In this document: positions 51,701 to 64,000 of the stretch, piece after piece
How positions within the stretch are numbered: the stretch's first letter is position 1
Layout of the letters: every line of letters starts with the position of its first letter
NCBI GenBank assembly: GCA_001643675.2
Contig: LSRY02000016.1
Span: forward strand, 1,054,001 to 1,118,000
Origin: Monocercomonoides exilis PA203
Lineage: Eukaryota; Protista; Preaxostyla
Length of the DNA stretch: 64,000 nucleotides
Direction: 5' to 3'
Notes under the pieces: model-generated
The model's input: only the letters and a program-made list of their open reading frames with translations
Told to the model about the DNA's origin: nothing
Databases searched by the model: none
Program-made: the position numbers and the translations under genes

Positions 51701-54700
51701 CTCTTCATCCTCATAATTGTCTGCTGTGCATCCCCATATTGCCAGTTCCTTCACAAATGGCTCCCCAAAATTTATCAGGAATTGTGATTCACTTATCTGA
51801 GAGTCAAGGTCAGTGCACTGCACAAACACATCTCTCCCTTTCAGTGCAACATTCCCTCGGAATGTGATGTTCGACAGCACAAATGGCAATGGCTTCTGCG
51901 AGACACTTTGTGATTTCAAAAACATCCCTCCTCCTCTCCCAATATTCGAGCAGAAGCATTCTGTCACATTTGTGTGGTTGATTTCCAACAATCCGCCTTC
52001 GCTGAGTCCAAAGAATACAGATCCCCCTTCATTCGAGCTTGTTGACCCACAATCACGGATTGTCGAATTATTCATTTTCAATTTCACAACATTTTGCTCA
52101 CCACAACAAAGCAACGATGGATTTCCCGATGAACTGTGCTTCACATTCAGGAATGCACATTGCTCAAGAATGGCGTTCCATCCTTCATCGGCTGCATTGC
52201 TTCCACCTCCAGATATCCGCGTTTCGGCCAGAGCAAAAACACTTCCTCCATTCAAAGAAATATCTTCGAATGCTGCATTCTTCATCAACACTTTGCAATC
52301 AACTGATATGCTCATTATCTCGTGCATCGATCCCAGCTCTGTGATCTTTGTCGATTCTATCTGAACAATTCCTTTTGCGGCCAAAATCAGAACAAAGGAT
52401 AAATTGTTTCCAGCATTAGAATATGCATGGATTGAGCAGCACACAAGACTCGCTTTGATTGAATCTGAACCTGTCCAGATGAAAATTTTTGCTGGATTGT
52501 CAAAGGATGATGGAATCGAAATCTCCACTTTTTCAAATTCAGTAACTCCGTTGCATTCAACAACAACGTCTGCATTTCCCTCAATTGCTTGAACAAATTT
52601 GATTTTGTCTGATTCGTCATTTGTTCCTTCCATTTTCATGCTGCGCAACCTTATTTCCCTCTTCACATCGCAAATCCCCTGTATTACCATCCCTTCAAGA
52701 GATAGGTTGCTTGCCCTATTGAGCGCATAATCAACGGATCCGCACGGATATTCTTCTAATCCACATACAACCACGTTGTTTCCTTCTCGTGAAACATAGA
52801 CGCTCGATCCAATAGATTTCCAGAAATAGATCAGCGGGATTGCACACTCTCTGTTTCCTCCATCATATCCTCTCAGAGAGTCTTCAGTCAGCATCTCCAA
52901 TCTATCTCTCACAAATGGAAGTGTTTCGTTCTTGACGCTGCTGGCAAGCGATGGAGACGAAATGAATAGATCCTTCCCATATTTCGCATTGTTTGGCTTG
53001 TTTGGTGAAAAAACAGGTGAGTATATCACAAACCATCCATTAACCTCTTCTTCTCTCAGTATCTTCAGCATTATTCCTCCACCATATCCAACAACTTCAC
53101 CTTCATATGGTGCTGTGCAACCATAAAATGTGCATTCATTTGCCACAAGATTCGTTTTTGGAGATGCTTCAAAAAAGAATGCCCCTCCACCGCACTCTTC
53201 TTCCTCTCCAGCAACAGCACATCCTTCGAATGTGCAGTCATTTATTTCCACTTTGTGATCTCTTCCATCATTATCGTTCTCGTTCGTAATGCTGATGCAC
53301 CCTCCACTTCCCTTCGAGCGTGTAATCGATGAAAATGTGCAACCAGATATCTCTTCGATATTTCCGTTGTGGCACGCAACAACACATCCATCAACAAATG
53401 AGATTTCTCCAAAATTGCTGTTCGTCATATTCATCGAAGGCACACTTTCGGAATTTCCTTCAACAATGAAAAACGAAAAACCCCATTTGGCAACACTTTC
53501 TGATCCAAACTCAATCACCTCCACAACTCCTCCAACAGCCTTCACAAGCACTGCCGAAATAGCCTCAACATCTCCTTCCATCCCACACTTGCTCAGTGTG
53601 AGCTTCTCTGAACGACAACAAAACACGCTTTCATGATATGTCAGCGATTGAGATATCGAAAATACAATGCCAGTTACAGATGTTGTGACTGTGTTCTCCA
53701 TCAATCCACTTTGTGCTCCTTCTGTCAGATCAGCAACTCCGCACTTCATTTCATTCTCCTTTGCTCTGATGCTCCATTCTTCCGAATCAAATCCCAATTC
53801 ATCCCCAAAGACAAATGGCTCAAGAACAGTAACATCTTTTTTCTTCCCTTCAAAATGAACAGATGCTGCCTTTGCAATCGTGGTGCATGGAAACACTTCA
53901 TATCCACACATCGAAAAATCATGGCTTGACGATCCTCCTCCAACAAATCCTGATGCAGAAAAGTTGTTCCACAAATACACCACCAGCGGAATGGCAAATG
54001 TCTCATTCAGCGTTGATCTCTCAAATCCACTCAGTTTTGAAAAGTTATTCAAATCAACATCAAATCTAATCGAGTTTCTGTCAATCACGCCTGAAAGATC
54101 ATGTGCATTAACGAAGATCTCTTTCCCTTCTCTCGCATCGCACCCAGGAAATGAAACATCCTTCAAGATGAATGAACTCGCTCCATCATCCAAATGAACA
54201 TAAATCCCTCCCCCATATCCACGCTCCCCACCTGCTGTTTGCGTTGCCTTGCAGCTCACAAGTTGCAACAAACCACTTTCATCACTCGAAAATATTGTCC
54301 TTGCTGAGTTAGTATTTGTCATGTTTCCCACAGTGAATGTCGATCCTTCTTTCATCTCAACCCACAACCCTCCTCCATTTCCTCCTTTGCTCTCACACCC
54401 AGATATCAGCCCTCCAACTATTTCCAGAGAGCACTCTCTCCCAAGTGTGCATTCAAAAGCTCCTCCATTTCCTTCAATTCCTCTGAATCCGCTCATCGTA
54501 TTGTTTGTGAACTTCAGCAACTTGGCGGAATTTGTGGAAATAACTCGAATAGATCCTGATGGCAAATCTGCTTGTGAAGATGCTTTCACTGAAAGTGTTG
54601 AATCTTCACTCGTCAAAGATGCTCCATTCGCCACCCCAAACAAAACACTATTTCCTGTCGAGCTAATATCCTCAATATTCATGGAAGTGAATGTTCCAGC

Positions 54701-57700
54701 AGCATTGTTTCCATCAAGATTAATCAACGGACAGTTCCCAATAACCAAAGACAAGACATTCAACGATGAAACAGACACCTCACCTGCTGACACGGACAAA
54801 AACACAAAAGACAACGCTGATTGGGAATCTTGAAAAGTCAGTGAGCAATCTTCAAGCGAAAATGATTGTGACGAAGAACTGAAGAAGATTTCGTGATTTG
54901 GAAGAGCAGAAGGAACAGAGAAAATGAGTGAGCTCATATGCGCATTTGCACTTACAGTTATCATACTTCCTTCACTTCCATCAGAATCATCAATAACCTT
55001 CCATCCACTGTTTCCATCTTTCCCTCGGATTGTGTGCTTCAAGGAGTCAAATGTCAGCTCACTGTTCACTTCCGCCATCCCAAAGATAACAATCTTCTTT
55101 TCTTCTTCTTGCCTTGTCAAGCAATGCTTCAGAGTCTGACACGGAATTTCAGCGTATCCACAATAAGAATTGTCAGAAGCATCAACATTGCTCACAACAA
55201 TCTCTTCTGGCAAAGGAATCAGATAAACGCATAGCGGAATTGGAGCTGATTCATCTCCATTGTTGAATCCTTGCATCTTGCTCTTTGTATCAAATGAGGG
55301 TGTTAACGAGGCAATTTTCCCACTTGTTGCTGTTGACTCCAGATCGATCGAATCAACAAAAATATCACTCCCAAATTTTGCTCGATTTCCTTCAAATGCT
55401 GATGAAATAAGAAACTCTGCATTTGTGTCTTTCACTTTCAGCCCAATCCCTCCTCCTCTCCCTTGAGTGGCTGAGGCATAACAGTTCTTCACAACACCTC
55501 CATTCATCGTAAATGAACCAACATTCCCCATTTCAATCATCATTCCTCCTCCAAACTCAGAGACTTCACTTCCACACCCATCAACAGTGCATCCATCAAG
55601 AGTTATTGAGTTTGATCCTTCACCCACATTCATCAGTGATGATCCAGCTGTTGTCCTCACAATGTTGTTGAAAGTGCAGTTATCCAGAGACAATGAAACA
55701 GGCGATCCTTGAGGCAGAGACATCACACTTGTGGCGCTGAATGTTTGGATCCATCTCACATCTTTCATTTTCAACTCTCCCCCTTCCATCTTCACAAGCG
55801 AGTTCTGGATGCTCCTCTCTTCTGAATGAGCTGCATCCATCGATATATTCATTCGCTTCACGTCCATTAATCCACTTCCCTGAACCTCAAACAAACTGCA
55901 TTGTCGGTTGTTTTCAAATGAAGAATTGTGAATCACAGACAGATCGCTCACAACCAATTTCCCTGCTCCGACTGCAAAAAGAGACAGCCCAGCGGAATTC
56001 AGTTCGGTCATAACAGCACTTCCTGTGGGCTCCACCCCACTGATAGCAAACGAATTTGCCCCAGCATCCACTACATCTCGAATATTCATCGTTCCCCTCA
56101 GAATCTTCACATCCTCTACATATCCAGGAATAAGCTGTGAAATGCAATGCCCTATTGTCTCACATGGATGTGTTTCATCAAACCCACAGAAAAACGTGTT
56201 TATTAAGACATCATGAAATTCTGATGTTGCAACATATAAATTCAATTTTGGGACAGATTCTAATAACTCACTTAAATCGAGATCGCTGTATCTTATTCCA
56301 ACTCTGTTTGATATGTTTTTTGTTGACTTACATGAAATATCAATATTGTTATTCACATTTCCATTGAAACAGATATCGTGACCATTTAGCTCTGCAGTGT
56401 TATTGTGAAAAAAACAGTAATAAAGCAAGGTACCATCATTGGTACCTAAAATTTGAATTGTTATTCCTCCTCCCCAACAATTGGAATATCCATTCACAAA
56501 GAGGCAATTGCGAACAACGATAACTTCAAGATTATTCCAAATGCATGCTCCTCCGCCATCAGAATTTCCTGAATGATGACCACTGCAGTTTGAAAAAGAG
56601 CAGTCCAAAACACAATCTTTTGTGTTTGTTGCTTTAGACGAATATATTCCAACACCTCCAGCATCATTTCCCGACCACCCATCTTTGAACATGCAGTTTT
56701 CAACAAAAGGTTGAGCCAACAACAGTTCCATTGAAATCCCTGCACCTCCGTAATCCGTTGTTGCAGCACAAGAACAGTTTTTGAATGAACAATGCTTCAC
56801 TGAACTTTCATAAATTTTCAGAGCATAAATTCCTCCGCCTCTTGTTTTTGTTGCATTGCAATCTTGGAATGAAGAATTCGTCACTATCAGTTTTGCCTCA
56901 GAATTGTCATGCACATAAACTGCCCCTCCGCACTCAGCAGAACATCCGATCCATTCGCACAAGGACAAAGATTGAGATTCAGTTGTTGAGACGTTTTCTG
57001 TGTTCGTCATTTTTTGTTCTATCCTTTCGTTTTTGATGAACGAACAATTGTTGCAGATAAAAATTTCAGAACCTAATGTTCCACACACAATTCCACCTTC
57101 CAGAACATTTGTTGACCCTTTGATTATGCAGTCTTCCAATTCACTCATTTTTATTTCCACAACTTTGTTGCAACAGAATCGGGAAGCTTCACTTCTCTGC
57201 TCAGTTATATTCACAAAACAACTTCTTGAGATGCTTTCACCTTTCCCTGCTCCTTCATTAACAAAATTTCCACTTCCACAAAATACAATGTTCCTCCAAT
57301 CACATTTCTTTGCAAATAATATTGATTCTTCAGTTGTCATCTTCACAATGCTATTTCTCATAATCACGTTCGTACCCAATTTAATGGAAAAATTTGTGAG
57401 AGAACACATTCCACCATTGATTACAAAAAAGTCAACTTCTTTGCATTCCTCGAATAAATGGCAATCATCAAGTTGCAAATTAGATTTGATGCAAATTTCA
57501 AATGCACAATTGTCTTTTCTCCTCTCAAATGATATCTTTCTGAACTCAACTGATCCATTATGAATGTCACAAAACACATCGATGGTACTTTCTATATCTT
57601 CACAATTTTTTCCCATTTTTGTGAAAGAAAGTGAAGGAACACATCCAGATTGTGAAAAATAGCTCCAACATTTCTCAATGAGAATTAGCAATAACAATGC

Positions 57701-57709
57701 AGTCGACAT
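48706..57709 (-). CDS. Giant type-I membrane receptor-like protein: signal peptide, repeated Cys/Gly beta-helix (pectin-lyase/Pmp-like) modules, TM, and a C-terminal TKL-type pseudokinase reached via a 1-nt frameshift at ~49525
   Basis: ORF 49517-57808 with likely start MSTALLLLILIE at 57709. GGA/GGG motifs and CG...PC modules. TM WPIIVIVCVVFVVLLLVIVVILAV followed by RWKK. Frame 48706-49827 contains RWKAPELL, FSIGMMLWECLTLQIPF, GERP, RPTL. Confidence 0.85.
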
Positions 57710-60700
57710 TGAAAATTGTATTTGCTGAACACAATAATGAAAGAAAAGATCAAGAAACCAAAGTTTGAATAAATCTAGTATTTTTTTTATTTTTCCAAAA
57801 TACTTCAAAGACCATTTCTGTTTGAAAGAGAAAAAGTTTCTAAAACATATATAACCAAAAATAGTTTCTTAATTTTTTTTTTTTATTTTTATTTAGAAAT
57901 AGTCATTCACTCTTTTAAAGGAATTCGATGGAAAGAAAAATTAATCCAAACATCACATTCCATTGTGAGCAAGATTCTCCAAATATCTCTTCTTTTTTCC
58001 AAATTCTCGTGAATGTTAAAAAAGCATTTGTTAATGAGCATTTTATTCATTAAAAAAGTTTTTTAAAAAGAAGGAAATATATTTTTTTAAAAAATTCTTT
58101 TTGGTTATTTGCCATTTCATCTTCCTTTGAAAATATTTCAGATTGTTTTCCGTGTTGCATAATAAACTAATTCGAAATGAAAGTTTTTGTGTCATTATTT
58201 ATTTATTTTTTATTTATTTTTCATATTCGAAATAACATGAATAATAATAATTTTTTTCTTTACGGATATCATTGAAATGGGTTTATTGATCATATAATGA
58301 ATCAAATGATCATGATCCTTTAAAGCCACCAGTTTTTTCGTTTCAAAGTCTCACTGATATTATTTTTCCAATTAACAGAGTTATTTGGATGCAGTCATTT
58401 ATCTGCAAAATCCAAGAAAACTGAATTGAGTGCGTTGTCAATATTCAGCGATGAAATAAATGGGAAATCAAATTTTCAAAGTGTTTCTCGTTATTTTGAC
58501 ACAGAGGATATTCAAATCAAGGAACCCGGCGTATTAAGGAACTTTTCAAATGAGGACAAGAGATTATTCAATTTATCAGCAAGCAGCTCTCGTGTTCAAA
58601 CTCAAATAAATACAGTGAATTCTTCCATTTTTGTGACATCGGTGTTCTTCAAATTATTGGATACAAAATCTTTTTTATTCATTGATAAAACTTCGATGTG
58701 TTTTTTGCAGTCATTCACAATAGAGAATTCTGAGAAGATAAGTGTTTCTCCTTTCGAATGTTGTGGCTCAATTTGTGTTCACAACTTTTCATTTGCCTCT
58801 TCTGTAAAGCAACAAATGAGAAGTTTGACATCATCAACGAATCTTTCCAACATATTTCTTTCAAGTTCGATATTTTCTAATCTTTGTTTATCTGATGATG
58901 GAAGTGTTCTTCATCGTGGTGAATGTTCTTTTGAGGAAATCAAAGAGTGTTTATTTTTTAACGTCACTCAGAATCATCAAAAGCATTGCAAAGATCCTTC
59001 GTTGTTTTCAAGAAAAAGCGTTTTTGACAGTTGTGTTGTGGTTTGTTCAACAAATGTGTTTGAAGGAGGATTAGTTTGCGGATGCACTTTTTCATTCTCT
59101 TTTTCGTCATTTAATACATCATTTAAATCTAATACAAGGGTGAGCAACTCATTTAACAGAAATGACAGAATATCAACGTCAGATTCACAATCTCTTAACT
59201 CTTGTGAATGGGTTGGATGTTCATCAGAATGTGGAGGAGCAGTCTATGTGCATGACAACTCTGAGGCAACACTATCAGTGACGAATTCTTCGTTTCTCGA
59301 TTGTTTTGCAACAAAAACAAGAGGAGGTGGTATTTTCGCAAAAAATATTTCTGAATGTGAAGTTAATAACAGCATATTCGTCAATTGTTCATGCACAACT
59401 GCCGAAGACAATGGAGGAGGAGGAGGAATTGGTTATTATCAAATAAGCAGACAAACCATAACATCCAATTGCTTATTCCAGAATTCTTGGTCAGCAGATG
59501 ATGCAGGAGGTTTGAGTGTGTGGTTTTGCACATGTGTTGAACAAGAGAAGTGTGTGTTATCTTGTTTGTTTGATAATTGCAGTGGAAATCTTGAGTCAAA
59601 CTCTGCTGGAGGAGGAAGCGATGTTGTTTATTGTCTTTCGAATATTTGTTATGATTCTTGTTCTTTCATGAATTGCCATTCAGAAGGAGGAGGTGGTGGA
59701 ACATATTTTGATTATAAAATCAAAATCAGTGGAAAGTTGCTGTATTTCTGCTTTTTTCACAACAACACAGCTCAATTTGGAGGTCATGATGTCGTTCTAT
59801 CTTCTGAAACAATGAATCGGATTGATACGACTTGTGCAACAACAAGAACTTCAAGCAATAGAGTATCAACCATATGGAATTCAATTGAGGATAAAAGCGA
59901 TTGGTTGAGAAATGTTGGAGGTAGAATAAGATATGTTTTCAATTCAAACAATTATGAAAATTCAAAAGATTCGTTTTTCTGTGGGTTTGATGAAACACAT
60001 CCATGCGAGACAATCGGGCATTGCATTTCACAGCTTATTCCTGGATATGTAGAGGATGTGAAGATTCTGAGGGGAACGATGAATATTCGAGATGTAGTGG
60101 ATGCTGGGGCAAATTCGTTTGCTATCAGTGGGGTGGAGCCCACAGGAAGTGCTGTTATGACCGAACTGAATTCCGCTGGGCTGTCTCTTTTTGCAGTCGG
60201 AGCAGGGAAATTGGTTGTGAGCGATCTGTCTGTGATTCACAATTCTTCATTTGAAAACAACCGACAATGCAGTTTGTTTGAGGTTCAGGGAAGTGGATTA
60301 ATGGACGTGAAGCGAATGAATATATCGATGGATGCAGCTCATTCAGAAGAGAGGAGCATCCAGAACTCGCTTGTGAAGATGGAAGGGGGAGAGTTGAAAA
60401 TGAAAGATGTGAGATGGATCCAAACATTCAGCGCCACAAGTGTGATGTCTCTGCCTCAAGGATCGCCTGTTTCATTGTCTCTGGATAACTGCACTTTCAA
60501 CAACATTGTGAGGACAACAGCTGGATCATCACTGATGAATGTGGGTGAAGGATCAAACTCAATAACTCTTGATGGATGCACTGTTGATGGGTGTGGAAGT
60601 GAAGTCTCTGAGTTTGGAGGAGGAATGATGATTGAAATGGGGAATGTTGGTTCATTTACGATGAATGGAGGTGTTGTGAAGAACTGTTATGCCTCAGCCA

Positions 60701-63700
60701 CTCAAGGGAGAGGAGGAGGGATTGGGCTGAAAGTGAAAGACACAAATGCAGAGTTTCTTATTTCATCAGCATTTGAAGGAAATCGAGCAAAATTTGGGAG
60801 TGATATTTTTGTTGATTCGATCGATCTGGAGTCAACAGCAACAAGTGGGAAAATTGCCTCGTTAACACCCCTCATTTGATACAAAGAGCAAGATGCAAGG
60901 ATTCAACAATGGAGATGAATCAGCTCCAATTCCGCTATGCGTTTATCTGATTCCTTTGCCAGAAGAGATTGTTGTGAGCAATGTTGATGCTTCTGACAAT
61001 TCTTATTGTGGATACGCTGAAATTCCGTGTCAGACTCTGAAGCATTGCTTGACAAGGCAAGAAGAAGAAAAGAAGATTGTTATCTTTGGGATGGCGGAAG
61101 TGAACAGTGAGCTGACATTTGACTCCTTGAAGCACACAATCCGAGGGAAAGATGGAAACAGTGGATGGAAGGTTATTGATGATTCTGATGGAAGTGAAGG
61201 AAGTATGATAACTGTAAGTGCAAATGCGCATATGAGCTCACTCATTTTCTCTGTTCCTTCTGCTCTTCCAAATCACGAAATCTTCTTCAGTTCTTCGTCA
61301 CAATCATTTTCGCTTGAAGATTGCTCACTGACTTTTCAAGATTCCCAATCAGCGTTGTCTTTTGTGTTTTTGTCCGTGTCAGCAGGTGAGGTGTCTGTTT
61401 CATCGTTGAATGTCTTGTCTTTGGTTATTGGGAACTGTCCGTTGATTAATCTTGATGGAAACAATGCTGCTGGAACATTCACTTCCATGAATATTGAGGA
61501 TATTAGCTCGACAGGAAATAGTGTTTTGTTTGGGGTGGCGAATGGAGCATCTTTGACGAGTGAAGATTCAACACTTTCAGTGAAAGCATCTTCACAAGCA
61601 GATTTGCCATCAGGATCTATTCGAGTTATTTCCACAAATTCCGCCAAGTTGCTGAAGTTCACAAACAATACGATGAGCGGATTCAGAGGAATTGAAGGAA
61701 ATGGAGGAGCTTTTGAATGCACACTTGGGAGAGAGTGCTCTCTGGAAATAGTTGGAGGGCTGATATCTGGGTGTGAGAGCAAAGGAGGAAATGGAGGAGG
61801 GTTGTGGGTTGAGATGAAAGAAGGATCGACATTCACTGTGGGAAACATGACAAATACTAACTCAGCAAGGACAATATTTTCGAGTGATGAAAGTGGTTTG
61901 TTGCAACTTGTGAGCTGCAAGGCAACGCAAACAGCAGGTGGGGAGCGTGGATATGGGGGAGGGATTTATGTTCATTTGGATGATGGAGCGAGTTCATTCA
62001 TCTTGAAGGATGTTTCATTTCCTGGGTGCGATGCGAGAGAAGGGAAAGAGATCTTCGTTAATGCACATGATCTTTCAGGCGTGATTGACAGAAACTCGAT
62101 TAGATTTGATGTTGATTTGAATAACTTTTCAAAACTGAGTGGATTTGAGAGATCAACGCTGAATGAGACATTTGCCATTCCGCTGGTGGTGTATTTGTGG
62201 AACAACTTTTCTGCATCAGGATTTGTTGGAGGAGGATCGTCAAGCCATGATTTTTCGATGTGTGGATATGAAGTGTTTCCATGCACCACGATTGCAAAGG
62301 CAGCATCTGTTCATTTTGAAGGGAAGAAAAAAGATGTTACTGTTCTTGAGCCATTTGTCTTTGGGGATGAATTGGGATTTGATTCGGAAGAATGGAGCAT
62401 CAGAGCAAAGGAGAATGAAATGAAGTGCGGAGTTGCTGATCTGACAGAAGGAGCACAAAGTGGATTGATGGAGAACACAGTCACAACATCTGTAACTGGC
62501 ATTGTATTTTCGATATCTCAATCGCTGACATATCATGAAAGCGTGTTTTGTTGTCGTTCAGAGAAGCTCACACTGAGCAAGTGTGGGATGGAAGGAGATG
62601 TTGAGGCTATTTCGGCAGTGCTTGTGAAGGCTGTTGGAGGAGTTGTGGAGGTGATTGAGTTTGGATCAGAAAGTGTTGCCAAATGGGGTTTTTCGTTTTT
62701 CATTGTTGAAGGAAATTCCGAAAGTGTGCCTTCGATGAATATGACGAACAGCAATTTTGGAGAAATCTCATTTGTTGATGGATGTGTTGTTGCGTGCCAC
62801 AACGGAAATATCGAAGAGATATCTGGTTGCACATTTTCATCGATTACACGCTCGAAGGGAAGTGGAGGGTGCATCAGCATTACGAACGAGAACGATAATG
62901 ATGGAAGAGATCACAAAGTGGAAATAAATGACTGCACATTCGAAGGATGTGCTGTTGCTGGAGAGGAAGAAGAGTGCGGTGGAGGGGCATTCTTTTTTGA
63001 AGCATCTCCAAAAACGAATCTTGTGGCAAATGAATGCACATTTTATGGTTGCACAGCACCATATGAAGGTGAAGTTGTTGGATATGGTGGAGGAATAATG
63101 CTGAAGATACTGAGAGAAGAAGAGGTTAATGGATGGTTTGTGATATACTCACCTGTTTTTTCACCAAACAAGCCAAACAATGCGAAATATGGGAAGGATC
63201 TATTCATTTCGTCTCCATCGCTTGCCAGCAGCGTCAAGAACGAAACACTTCCATTTGTGAGAGATAGATTGGAGATGCTGACTGAAGACTCTCTGAGAGG
63301 ATATGATGGAGGAAACAGAGAGTGTGCAATCCCGCTGATCTATTTCTGGAAATCTATTGGATCGAGCGTCTATGTTTCACGAGAAGGAAACAACGTGGTT
63401 GTATGTGGATTAGAAGAATATCCGTGCGGATCCGTTGATTATGCGCTCAATAGGGCAAGCAACCTATCTCTTGAAGGGATGGTAATACAGGGGATTTGCG
63501 ATGTGAAGAGGGAAATAAGGTTGCGCAGCATGAAAATGGAAGGAACAAATGACGAATCAGACAAAATCAAATTTGTTCAAGCAATTGAGGGAAATGCAGA
63601 CGTTGTTGTTGAATGCAACGGAGTTACTGAATTTGAAAAAGTGGAGATTTCGATTCCATCATCCTTTGACAATCCAGCAAAAATTTTCATCTGGACAGGT

Positions 63701-64000
63701 TCAGATTCAATCAAAGCGAGTCTTGTGTGCTGCTCAATCCATGCATATTCTAATGCTGGAAACAATTTATCCTTTGTTCTGATTTTGGCCGCAAAAGGAA
63801 TTGTTCAGATAGAATCGACAAAGATCACAGAGCTGGGATCGATGCACGAGATAATGAGCATATCAGTTGATTGCAAAGTGTTGATGAAGAATGCAGCATT
63901 CGAAGATATTTCTTTGAATGGAGGAAGTGTTTTTGCTCTGGCCGAAACGCGGATATCTGGAGGTGGAAGCAATGCAGCCGATGAAGGATGGAACGCCATT
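52169..64000. repeat. Long inverted repeat: 52169-56196 vs 59972-64000 (at least 4 kb), 3.8-kb spacer
   Basis: Mirror-image ORF track, with coordinate sums 116168/116169. The only differences noticed are two silent SNPs near 60006/60015 and one extra C at ~60871. Confidence 0.97.
58426..64000 (+). CDS. Paralogous giant receptor-like protein with a different N-terminus; +1 frameshift at 60868-60871; runs off the window
   Basis: ORF 58426-60879. From 59972 it is essentially the reverse complement of the first gene. The start is uncertain (~58277-58426). Confidence 0.8.

Noticed and set aside
57710-57808. ORF-track start at 57808 for the receptor gene
   Set aside because: It is a non-ATG start. 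The first ATG at 57709 begins a signal-peptide-like sequence.

Overview
Eukaryotic, AT-rich, intron-containing genomic DNA in the standard code. Gene families and composition suggest the oxymonad Monocercomonoides or a relative (inference from recognition, not a search). Layout: (1) 1-~3750, the 3' part of a decayed DIRS-type tyrosine-recombinase retrotransposon (RT-RNaseH-MTase-YR) with an ICR-like hairpin, followed by an old fold-back element. (2) ~5.4-38.2 kb, a compact housekeeping block: GET4, CFAP96-like, a CTD/NIF phosphatase with a very large low-complexity tail, a TPPPP/acidic-repeat protein, a RING protein, importin-7-like, Pkr1-like, VPS18 and an importin-alpha-like ARM protein. (3) ~38.3-48.5 kb, a TE-rich zone: a long-TIR MITE, a pseudogene, and a pogo/Tigger-like MITE into which an element with an 8-bp TSD and GC-rich cargo has inserted. 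(4) 48.7-64 kb, two divergently transcribed giant surface-receptor genes (beta-helix-like modules, TM, pseudokinase tail). They are virtually identical over at least 4 kb as an inverted repeat but have different N-terminal domains, and the identity boundary falls exactly on a module start. This variable-tip/constant-stalk palindrome is the most interesting structure in the window.
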